DNA of 32,000 nt from Wolbachia endosymbiont of Dirofilaria (Dirofilaria) immitis (GTDB lineage Bacteria; Pseudomonadota; Alphaproteobacteria; Rickettsiales; Anaplasmataceae). Shown piece by piece: positions 7,860 to 17,902 of this stretch (the stretch's first letter is position 1; every line of letters begins with the position of its first letter). The notes below the pieces were generated by a model. It worked only from the letters and a program-made list of their open reading frames with translations. It was not told where the DNA came from and did no database searches. The stretch spans positions 300,001 through 332,000 of the forward strand of contig NZ_CP046578.1 of assembly GCF_013365455.1 (NCBI RefSeq). Direction: 5' to 3'. The position numbers and the translations under genes were made by a program.

Positions 7860-10800
7860 TGGGAACTTTCTGAGATAAAACTATAGTGTGTAATGCTGAA
7901 ATCTAATTCTTATTATGCAATTACTTGGTTAAAATTGAGTTCCCTGGGTGGGGTGACAAAAAATTGTTTAATATATTTTTGTAGCTCCATTATTATTAGC
8001 AATAAGAATGTTTTTGGAATTAGAGTTTTTCTTTACTTGTAAGTTTTTCTGTTAAACGATAAAGTTCTATAGAAGTTTAATGTATTTTTACTTTAATGTG
8101 TACAAAAGTATACATATGCTCTTGTTGTATCTGCATTACATTTTTTCTGAATCTTAGGAGGTTCTGTATCTATAAGCTAACTTCTGTGTAGCTTCTCGTA
8201 CAGTCTATTATTTATATAGCTTAGTAGCGTTTTGCTAGTCTTATAAGTAAAGAGGTTTTTTTACAGTGGCCACATACATATGTAGGCGTTTATTTTGTTG
8301 AGATAGTTTGTACGAAAATGGTGTCGTGAGATGACTTACACTTGATAGTTTCAAAAAAAGTCTATTAAAAAGGAGGATTGTTATATCTACGATAATTTTA
8401 TCATCAACTTAAAGCTAAACTAGCTGCATTTCTGGTTCGGTTGGTGTCGGGTTATTGGTCCAGTAGGGTCTTGAGTTCTTTTTGGTGGATAAATTTAGTA
8501 ATGGAATATTTATAGCCTTGATACCAAACAAAAGGTAATGTATAGGTAAGATTAAAAAAACTTCAGGTTCATTCAACTTATGGTTAGGATAGTCTCCAAT
8601 TGTCTGTGGTACTGCTCATGTTATAAAGGAAATATTATTTGGATGTGGTAGTAGAAGAAGAGTAGGGTAACCGATTAAATAACATGAGAAAAATATGAGC
8701 ATTGAGTATAACTACTGTGTAATACTTGTAATTGTAGCCTGCAAAAAAGCAGTGGATGAATAAATTTAGGTAGGTACAAAAAAATAGCTGAGTTTTGATG
8801 AAATAGAATATGCTTTTTTGTACTGTTAATTGGAGGTGAGGGTGTGCTTCAGCTTGTAGAGGAATATTTTGTGTAGTTATCAAGGGTTTTCGTTTGGTGG
8901 ACTAATGTATAAGCTGGTTTTCAGTAGTGCGAAATATTAAGAGTATCAATACTATGACTAGATTCAGAAGAGTTTGTATATATAATATAAAAATACGGAA
9001 AAATTATGCAAGAAAAGATAAGTAGTAGCTGTTATATTTAATATAGACTAGTGATAAAGGGTGAATTGTGAAGTTATCTAAGAAGAGCAGTGTAATGCTT
9101 ACTTTAAATCAATTAAAGGGAAATTTGTCAAATATTGAGTAAATATAGTAATAGTTGATCAATTTGCACAAGCGGTTTTAAATATTAAGGATTGTAAAAT
9201 ATATCCTGAGTTGAATTTAAAGATGTGGTTCTACATCAGTTTCTGGTGATTATATGATGTAACAGAGGTAGTAGTAGTGAATTTCAAAAAATAGTAGCAG
9301 GAATCAACGATGTGGTACGTGGTTAGTGATTTAACGTTAATAAAATATAGAAGAATTAATATAATAAAGGATGTGAGATGAACTCTACCTAGAGCACTCT
9401 TGCTTAGTACAAAAGACAAGTGTTGGTAGAAAAATTTAACGAAGCCTATCGAAAGATATGAACAATCTTTTAAAGGGCTAATACAACAAATTTATAAAAT
9501 ATTATACAAACATTGTCAAAAGGGAGTGAAATGGGAAAACTTATTACTAAGTTTAAACTTACATGTCTACTAAATTATAAATTAAAAGATGTTCAAGGTA
9601 ATTATCCTGTAGTTATAGAACTAGCTGAACTTGTAAAGTGAATAGAACCTTAACTGGAAAAGAAGTAGCAGTATCTATGCTATGCTGATTTTGAAGTAAG
9701 TATCATTTATATAGTTGCTGGCACAACGTGTGATGGGCTTTAGTATTATGAATACATTAATAAATATAGGTTTGTGTAGATGTTTATTCCTTGCTTACTG
9801 GTGGTTTAAACTCTTCTTTTGGTTTTATTCTACAGAAGGTGTAGTCAATGATTTGAATAATGGAGTCAAGTGTGTTTATTTCTGTGATTATTTAAGGGGT
9901 AAAATAACAGTAGGTGTACAGTAGAAAAACATAGAAAAGTGGTAGATTAGAGTTTACATAAATCCGGTAGTAGAACAAGGGACTACTAAAAGTAGAGAAA
10001 ATGTGGGTTACTAGATATGAATTCTTACTTGTATCAGCAAAACTATCATAAAAAAGATAGATTTTGTACTATATTAAAGTTAGTATTGTAATCTTTGCTT
10101 AGTTAGTGAGGAAGAGAGCTGAAAAGAAGTGACACTTTTTATTTCTAGTAGCAGTAAGGATTGTAAACCCATTATAAACATAAGTAAATAATCTGTTTAT
10201 GGATATGTAATTGGGTATACTAGTGAGAGAGTTGCAGTAGTGTTGAGTTTTAGTGAGCTATTTGTTATGAGTTCAATTGTGAGTTTAGAGCTGATTTAAA
10301 AAAAGAGATAATGAAACTTCGAAGTGCAAGCTTATATATAAGTATAAGCTTAGCAACTTAATTAGAAAGTGGTAAGATACTAAAGAATGTAAATACACTG
10401 CAGGTGAAAAAATTTTGCTATGCTGCTTGTCGATTCGACAGTATGCTTTTAAAGCATGCAGCCAGAAAAATGGCTTTTTCTTTAAAGCGTTAACTTGTGT
10501 AATTTATTTGATAACACAGAGGCATAAACTTGATCTTGAATTAAAATTAGATGCTTACGATAAAGTATTGAAATTCGCATTTTAGCTTCATTACTTAATA
10601 TTTAAAATCTGCTCTGCTAACTTAAATCATATCTCTCAATTTTTTGATTATTGTTAATAAAAAAGCTAATGATTTAAGCTGTACCATCTATAGAGGTACG
10701 ATCTTAAATGAATTTTTAGTCGCTTAGATTTTTCTGACTTTTTAGCACTTTCATAAGTTTTGAGCAAAAGTAGCTATCTAATCTTACTAGACGTTTTTTT

Positions 10801-11659
10801 CTTTGCTCATATGCTAATAACTCCTCTTCTCCGACTAGTTAAACTTACTTATCTCTTTATAAGCTTGTTTTTATTATTAAGTTGTTGCTTAATATTTTTT
10901 TAGGCCCTCTTATTTTTAGCTACATATCAAAAAATAAGACCACTTTTCTATTATATTTCTTGATAGCTCTCTTTTATGAATTTCAGTAGCTCATAAATAC
11001 AAAATAAAAGTCTTTAAGTCATATTCATTAATATTCTCATTCTGAATAGTGTGGTTTGATTTATAGTTAGGCCTTATCTAGAAAAGTAATGCAATCAGTA
11101 ACAACTATGAGGTAATTTCCTTGAAGTTTATGGTAATTGTCTCTTGGTCTACTTGATTTAAGTGAATTTTAGCTCGTATAATATTGAGGACGCTTTCAAG
11201 ACTTCTTAATCCTAGTGAGTTGGATTTCTGCTACGTATATAAAGCCTGGAAAAACTTTATAAGAAACATTAATGGTGCCTTGCTTTTTAGTAACAATTTA
11301 GGAGTCTAGGAATAGTAGCTAAAATTCAACGTTAGGTTGCAGTTAAGCTAGTAACGCCTAAAATGCCGTTCAAGAAAGAATGAGAGTGTCTTTATTTTTC
11401 TCAGTGTCAAGAAAATATTCTTGTTGGTATAGTAGTTATTATACGTATTAAGAAGCTTCAAAGGTCCATATGAGAATTATTAAAATTCCTTACGTTGTAT
11501 ATCCTCAATTAATAATTATTTAATAATTTGTTGTTTAGCTTTACTAATGTTATTATAAGAAACGCTGTTGCTAAATTTTGTAAAATTTATTACCCTATGG
11601 TTTCAAGCCAGGATGAGCTTGTTAGAAGCATATATAATGTGTTTGTGAGTAAAGATTAA

Positions 11660-14323
11660 ATGAGAGAAAAGTTAATATATTACTTTAGCCGAGGCAAGTG
11701 TGAAGGCAGTGCAGAAATGAAGAATCTGCTAGGAGGAAAAGGTGCAAATTTAGCGGAAATGTGTAACGTTGGTATTCCTGTTCCACCTGGTTTTACAATT
11801 CCAACCTCTGCTTGTAAGCAGGGGTTATCTGATAATTTACGTGATGAAATTAAAAAGTACATGGTAATGCTCGAAAGTGATGTTGGTTGTAAATTTGGAG
11901 GCTCAGGAAATCCTTTACTGGTTTCTATACGTTCTGGCAGTGTAAGTTCAATGCCAGGTATGCTTGATACAATTTTGAATGTTGGCCTAAATGACGCAAC
12001 TGTTGTTGGGCTTGCAAAAAAAAGTGGAGAACGCTTTGCCTATGATAGCTACTGTCGTTTCATCATGATGTACTCAAGTGTTGTGCTGCAGCTTGACTAT
12101 CACTTATTCCAGAGTGTTATTGATGACGAGCGACAAAGGAAAGGAGTAAAAGGTTTATCTGATTTTGATGTTGACGTTTTAAAGAGGGTTGTCAACGATT
12201 TTGGGAGAATAGTATATGAAAAAACTGATAAACATTTTCCGCAAAGTGTTGAAGAACAGTTATTCAGCTCAGTGAATGCAGTATTTTCTTCTTGGCAGAA
12301 TGACAGGGCTGTTTCCTATAGAAGGATAAATAATATTCCTGAGACCTTTGGAACCGCAGTTAATGTGCAAGCAATGGTTTTTGGTAATTTAAATAATAAT
12401 TCTGCAACTGGTGTGATATTTACACGTAATCCTTCAACCGGAGCAAAGAAATTTTTTGGTGAATTTTTGGTTAATGCTCAAGGCGAAGATGTGGTCTCTG
12501 GTGTTTACACTCCTATGTCAGTTAATGGGGAGCAAGAAAATACCATGGAGAAATTGATGCCAAGCGTGTACCGAGAATTGTGTGATGTATGTAAAAAACT
12601 TGAAGTGCATTATAAAGATATGCAAGACGTTGAATTTACTGTTCAGGATGGTAAGTTATGGATTTTACAGACTAGATCTGGCAAACGCACAGCTGAAGCT
12701 ACTGTCCGTATAATAGTTGATATGGTAAGCGAAGGAGTGATTACAAAAGGAGAAGGAATATTAAGAATTAATCCAAAAATTCTTGATAGTTTATTGCATC
12801 CAGTTCTTGATATTAAAAGTGATCAAAAAATAATAGGGAAGGGACTGCCAGCTTCTCCAGGTGTTGCTTCAGGGTATGTAGTATTTAATGCAAATGACGC
12901 AGAAAAAGCTGTGGAGCAAGGTAAAAAAGCAGTTTTAGTAAGATCAGAGACAAGTTCTGAGGATATTGATGGGATGAATGCTGCAAGTGGTATAATAACA
13001 GCACGGGGAGGGATGACTTCGCATGCTGCTGTTGTTACAAGAGGAATGGGTAAACCGTGCATTTGTAGTGTAAATGGACTTTATCTTGATAAAGGTGGAA
13101 ATTTCTTTTCTGTAGGGAATGTAAAAGTAAATAAAGGTGAGCCAATTACTATCAATGGAGGGACAGGTGAGGTAATGCTTGGTATTCTTCCTACAATTTT
13201 ACCTGAGTTATCACAGGAATTTAAAACGATAATTAACTGGGTAGATGGAATTAAAACGATTAAGATAAGGGCGAATGCTGATACTCCAAAGGATGCAAAG
13301 ATTGCTAAAGAATTTGGCGCGGAAGGTATAGGATTATGTCGCACGGAGCATATGTTTTTTGTTCGTGATAGGATTGAGTTTATTCAAAAATTGATAATAG
13401 CTGATGACAAAAATGAAAGAGCAAGTGTATTAAGTAAATTGGAAGAAATGCAAAAGTCTGATTTTAAAGAGATATTTTCTATTATGGAGGGCAGAGAGAT
13501 CACTATACGTTTACTTGATCCACCTCTACATGAATTTTTACCTAATGATCAATCTGTTATAGAAGGAATTGCTAAGTCGCTAGATAAGCCTGTTGAGTTA
13601 ATAAAAAACAAAATAGCACAGTTATCAGAAAAAAATCCAATGCTTGGTCACAGAGGGTGTAGACTTGCCATTTCTCACCCTGAAATATATAGCATGCAAA
13701 TTAGGGCGATACTCAATGCTGCAAATGAGTTAAAAGAAGAGAAAAAGGTGGAAGTTATGCCTGAAATTATGATTCCTTTTATCATGGACGAGAAAGAGTT
13801 TATTTTGATATGTGAGTTGATAAAAAAAGAATCTTCTATTATCTCAGCTGAAATCCAGGCGCAGATTCCAGTATCATGTGCTGAAATGACACCAGGCAAG
13901 GCTTATTCAATTGGAACGATGATAGAGCTACCACGAGCAGCACTTATTGCTGATAAGTTAGCGCAACATGCAGAATTTTTTAGTTTTGGCACTAATGATT
14001 TAACGCAAACAACCATGGGACTTTCAAGAGATGATTCAGTAAATTTTCTTGATTCTTATAAGGAAAACAATATCTTCGGGAATGATCCATTTGAAGTACT
14101 AGATGTTGAAGGGGTAGGTGAGTTAATTAGAATAGCTACTGAGAAGGGTAAAAAAATGCGAAAAGAGATTAAGCTTGGTGTATGCGGGGAGCATGGTGCA
14201 GATCCACAATCTATAGAATTCTTTATTAAATCAGGTGTGGATTACGTTTCATGTTCACCTTATAGAGTGCCGGTTGCAAAGTTAGTGGCAGCACAGTTTA
14301 GTGTTAAATCTAAAATGTATTAG
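11660..14323 (+). CDS. ppdK: pyruvate, phosphate dikinase
   Basis: The 887-aa ORF has LLGGKGANLAEM at the N-terminus. It also carries the phospho-histidine motif GGMTSHAAVVTRGMGKPC and the PEP-utilising C-terminal domain (GLCRTEHMF...FFSFGTNDLTQ). Confidence 0.95.
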   Translation: MREKLIYYFSRGKCEGSAEMKNLLGGKGANLAEMCNVGIPVPPGFTIPTSACKQGLSDNLRDEIKKYMVMLESDVGCKFGGSGNPLLVSIRSGSVSSMPGMLDTILNVGLNDATVVGLAKKSGERFAYDSYCRFIMMYSSVVLQLDYHLFQSVIDDERQRKGVKGLSDFDVDVLKRVVNDFGRIVYEKTDKHFPQSVEEQLFSSVNAVFSSWQNDRAVSYRRINNIPETFGTAVNVQAMVFGNLNNNSATGVIFTRNPSTGAKKFFGEFLVNAQGEDVVSGVYTPMSVNGEQENTMEKLMPSVYRELCDVCKKLEVHYKDMQDVEFTVQDGKLWILQTRSGKRTAEATVRIIVDMVSEGVITKGEGILRINPKILDSLLHPVLDIKSDQKIIGKGLPASPGVASGYVVFNANDAEKAVEQGKKAVLVRSETSSEDIDGMNAASGIITARGGMTSHAAVVTRGMGKPCICSVNGLYLDKGGNFFSVGNVKVNKGEPITINGGTGEVMLGILPTILPELSQEFKTIINWVDGIKTIKIRANADTPKDAKIAKEFGAEGIGLCRTEHMFFVRDRIEFIQKLIIADDKNERASVLSKLEEMQKSDFKEIFSIMEGREITIRLLDPPLHEFLPNDQSVIEGIAKSLDKPVELIKNKIAQLSEKNPMLGHRGCRLAISHPEIYSMQIRAILNAANELKEEKKVEVMPEIMIPFIMDEKEFILICELIKKESSIISAEIQAQIPVSCAEMTPGKAYSIGTMIELPRAALIADKLAQHAEFFSFGTNDLTQTTMGLSRDDSVNFLDSYKENNIFGNDPFEVLDVEGVGELIRIATEKGKKMRKEIKLGVCGEHGADPQSIEFFIKSGVDYVSCSPYRVPVAKLVAAQFSVKSKMY

Positions 14324-15263
14324 ATGAATTGGATTTTAGTGTTACGTGTTTGAAGTATGCTTTTTCTAATCTTTCAAATCACAAAATTTGTGCAATTTTC
14401 TGGATTTACATATTCGATCTTATTTTTTCTCATCTTCCTATAACTTTTGATAGTGTAGAGTTTTTTTACATTTAATTCGTAGCTATTAGAGCTAAAACAG
14501 TGACAATACTTGTAACTCACCTGTGTCAAGCAACAGATGAAATTATTATATCGAAATAAATAATCATATAATAATACTACAACATATCTTTTGTTTTTAT
14601 TGCACTTAATTTCTTTATATGTTGAGTAGAAAAGATTGAGCTTCTGTAAAGCTATTAGTTTTATTGCTGCTTAATATAGCAGTGAAACTATATTTGTTTT
14701 TCTGCTAGTATAGAAGGTATTGGTTTATTACCAATATTCTCTTTACTGCTGCAGGATTATTTTTTGTAAGAGCAGTACAGAATACATAAATCCTTTAATT
14801 TAATTGTTAATATAATCCATGCAATTCTTCTTTAGGATTTAGCTATGATTAGTCTACATTAATATTTTACAGTAGCGTATACTTAGAACATCAATATTGC
14901 TATTATCAGTATGAGAAATAACAGAGCCTAATATAGGTTCGTTCTTCTGATTTTTCATCTTTGATTGCATACTCTATCATGCGTTTTCCAGATCAATACT
15001 TTGCTTACACTTGCTCTGAAAGCTGATTTTTCCTATTCAAGTCCTGCTGTTAGCTTTCAAAGCTAAATTTAGTTTATCGTTCTAGCTATGTGAATAGAAT
15101 CATCTTGTGAACCATTCTAGAACGGTAACTTGACTAGTGCTGGCAGTTTTGTGGCTTATTGGGTTCTATCTATTATTTTTTGAATCTGGTGTGTTTTGAC
15201 TTCTCTTTTTTATTTATTGTTGATCTAAGCAGTGCAGTCATTGCATAGGTCGAGATATATATG

Positions 15264-15294
15264 GTTAAATTAGATTTTAGAAATCTAATTTAAC
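15264..15294. repeat. 14-bp perfect inverted repeat with a 3-nt loop
   Basis: The arms gttaaattagattt (15264-15277) and aaatctaatttaac (15281-15294) flank the loop tag. The repeat lies within the ORF-free ppdK-glpX spacer. Confidence 0.9.
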
Positions 15295-15949
15295 TTAGAG
15301 CCTATTCTAAAATCTTTCTTTGTATCAGTTTTTAGTAATATGTGTCATCTATATATTTCAAGAGTAGTTTAGTTATTGAATTATTACCACTTACAATGGC
15401 TTATTCAGAATATTAACTCTTCTTTCTTTATTGGATCCACCTTTATCTAAGAGTATATCTTTTATAGTTTAGGTTTGTTTTTTTTTTGAAAAACCTTATC
15501 TAGCTGCTTGTATCAAATGGTTTTGCTTAATATCTCTGGTTTTCTTTTATGATTTATGTAACCTGAGAGATCTTAACACTGACTTGACGGTCATCTTTAT
15601 CAATAGCATTATCGAAGTATTAAGTGTTTTTTTCATTTTTATTGAATTTATCATTGTCTAGGAATATCCTTTAAAAGGTCGGCTTCTTTATTATAGCATA
15701 GCCTAATAGAGTATTAGAAGCAATATTCTTAGTATTGTAATTACTGGTATAGTTACCTTGAGTGAAATGCAATTTTTTTTCATCTGTTTCTTTCTCTTGT
15801 ATTAGTTTTTTATAAAACTACTAAGCAGTTATCTTAGAGTTTTAAGTTACAATTTTCTTGTCTTTTCATAAGTTAAGCTAGCACTTGTGTTAGATCTTGC
15901 AACCTCAGATGGTACAATATATATTAGATACTTGTTTCTTGAATGAATA

Positions 15950-16879
15950 ATGGAAGATTTAGCTTATAAATTAATCAAAGTGACTGAAGCTGCAGCACTT
16001 GCTGCACATAAGTTTGTAGGCTCAGGTGATGAAAAAAAGGCCGATCAGGTTGCAGTTGATGCAATGCGGACAGTTCTGAATTCCATAGAAATAAATGGCA
16101 CAATTGTGATTGGCGAAGGTGAAAGAGATAAAGCGCCGATGTTGTATGTTGGAGAAAAGGTTGGTACAGGGTATGGTCCTGAGATTGACATTGCTGTTGA
16201 CCCACTTGAAGGCACCACAATTTGTGCTCATTACAAACAAGGAGCGATGTCTGTCCTTGCTGCAACAAAGAAGAATAATTTTTTGCATGCGCCTGATGTT
16301 TATATGGAAAAGATAGCAGTAGGAAGAGATCTCCCAGAAGGCGTAGTTTCACTAAGAAATAGTGTTGAAGAAAATTTGGATAATCTAGCTAAGGCGAAGG
16401 GGTGTAGAGTAAGTAATCTTGTGGTAACTGTACTTAAACGTGAAAGGCATAATGAATTAATAACAAAAATTAGGAAGTTAGGAGCGAAGGTTAAACTGAT
16501 AGATGATGGTGATATTGCCGCTGTAATTTTGCTAATGAATGGCAATCATGATATGTATATTGGAATAGGAGGAGCACCAGAAGGAGTATTAACAGCTGCA
16601 GCACTCAGCTCAATCGGTGGACAGATAGAGGGAAGATTAATATTTAATACGGATCAGTTAAAAGAGAGAGCAAGAAGTTTAAATATTAATGATCTAGAAA
16701 AAATTTATACTATAAAAGATATAGTAAAAGGTGAATCAGTGTTCATTGTAACTGGAGTAACAAATGGAGAACTTGTAGATGGAGTTAAATTTAGTCATAA
16801 TGCCTGTTCGATTCATTCTTTAGTAGCTCTACCTGGTATGCTGGTAAAGTTGCAAACGACACAAAATTTATGCAGGTAG
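15950..16879 (+). CDS. glpX: fructose-1,6-bisphosphatase, class II (GlpX type)
   Basis: The sequence LIKVTEAAALAAHKFVGSGDEKKADQVAVDAMR...IAVDPLEGTT...GIGGAPEGVLTAAAL matches the GlpX family pattern. Confidence 0.9.
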   Translation: MEDLAYKLIKVTEAAALAAHKFVGSGDEKKADQVAVDAMRTVLNSIEINGTIVIGEGERDKAPMLYVGEKVGTGYGPEIDIAVDPLEGTTICAHYKQGAMSVLAATKKNNFLHAPDVYMEKIAVGRDLPEGVVSLRNSVEENLDNLAKAKGCRVSNLVVTVLKRERHNELITKIRKLGAKVKLIDDGDIAAVILLMNGNHDMYIGIGGAPEGVLTAAALSSIGGQIEGRLIFNTDQLKERARSLNINDLEKIYTIKDIVKGESVFIVTGVTNGELVDGVKFSHNACSIHSLVALPGMLVKLQTTQNLCR

Positions 16880-17902
16880 TGTTATAAGCCTAAACTTTAG
16901 CTTTATAGTATCCTGATACTAGATGTGTTGCTTACTATCTGATAGCTTCATGGTAGTGTAATGTTAAAGCCATCAAGGGTACTTTTTGAAAGAAGTTAGT
17001 TGTGCAAGAGTTTTTTTGAGACGATTATAAGTTTGGTGGTGATCTCGAAATACTAATTGTATTAGATGTTATAGATAAAGATAGAAAGGTAGATCTATTT
17101 AATAATAGTAGTAAAATATTATAGAGATAATAAAAATATTTTAAGGTTATGGAAGCTATCGGAAATAGGTGATTGGATCTTCTTCTTAAAGAAAAAATGT
17201 GGTATTTAAACCAAAGGGCAATTCGTAATAGGAATAAACGTGTTTTTAAATTAGAGTTAGCACAGGAGAGATGTGAGAGAAACTTTTTGAATAAGAGATT
17301 TTCTTGATTCTAGTTATTTTCTTTAATGTGATTTCAAGCAACGTGCTAAGGATTAAGCTCTAGTGTTCATAGAAATCTTAATGTTAACGTTATTCAACTT
17401 AAGTAAGCTTTAGAAATCAATGGTTTTTTCAGTGAAAAGGTTAAAAGAAATAGAAAGAGAGGAAAGTGAAATAAAAATTACATAGTGATGGTGAAAAATA
17501 GTAGCAATGTAAAAGAATGATAAGTGGTAGAAAAGTTATTGCTTTGCAAGGTTTATAGTGTTCAATGTTGAGATTAGTTGATATTAGGTAAATCTAGGAA
17601 AGATTTTAATTGTACCATTGTTCTAGATATAAGTTTTAGTTAAATCGGTATTAAAATCAGCTAGGTAAATCGAACCTATCCCCTTAAGGGGGTGAAGCTT
17701 TGCATAGAGTTTTAGAATGATATCTAAAATAGGTGTTATATATATAAGGTTATATATAAGAAAGAAAAAAAAAGTTTACATTCTGCAAGAGAATGCATTG
17801 TATTTGGCTCTGGTATATCTAATTCTACTATTGATGAAGGATAACTGAGAAGGTAAGGTTTTTTCTTCTCAAAAAAAGAAGCTACTGCTAATATCAGGTC
17901 TG

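Noticed and set aside
8635-9924. Spacer ORFs 8635..8883 (-), 9231..9419 (-) and 9715..9924 (+).
   Set aside because: The two minus-strand ORFs lie on the pyrimidine-rich complement of a purine-rich block. Stop codons (T plus purines) are rare there by composition alone. Their translations are odd (F/Y/L/C-rich), and none has an SD. ORF 9715 starts at TTG and is W/F/C-rich. All three are treated as compositional artefacts.
10665-10727. A tmRNA-like tag reading frame, GCT AAT GAT ... = ANDLSCTIYRGTILNEFLVA followed by a stop. It resembles the AND... start of alphaproteobacterial SsrA tags.
   Set aside because: The frame does not end in the usual (L/V)AA. I found no tRNA-like acceptor or T-arm (GGTTCGA...CCA) nearby, nor the expected two-piece tmRNA pairing. 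It is probably chance in AT-rich DNA.
6719-11659. The idea that tRNA-Phe marks an integrated genomic island containing the amidotransferase-like gene and the 3.8-kb spacer.
   Set aside because: I saw no integrase, no direct repeat of the tRNA 3' end downstream, and no compositional break relative to the rest of the window.
11680-13899. Four minus-strand ORFs inside ppdK (11680.., 12823.., 13081.., 13675..). Analogous antisense or alternative-frame ORFs occur inside glpX (15975.., 16022.., 16110.., 16300..), ychF (18447..), mrp (22838..), purA (28173.., 28637..) and dnaA (31317.., 31725..).
   Set aside because: All are embedded in confidently assigned genes, on the opposite strand or in another frame, and have no independent support.
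17459-17468. GAGGAAAGTG here and GAGGAAAGCCG at 19130-19140, both resembling the RNase P RNA P4 motif GAGGAAAGTCC.
   Set aside because: The surrounding sequence is AT-rich and lacks the GC-rich helices and the second P4 strand expected for rnpB. These are isolated purine-rich words in purine-rich blocks.
17840-17902. A possible terminator hairpin, cttct-caaaaaa-agaag, downstream of ychF.
   Set aside because: The stem is only 5 bp, and neither strand has a T-run following the stem in the direction of transcription.
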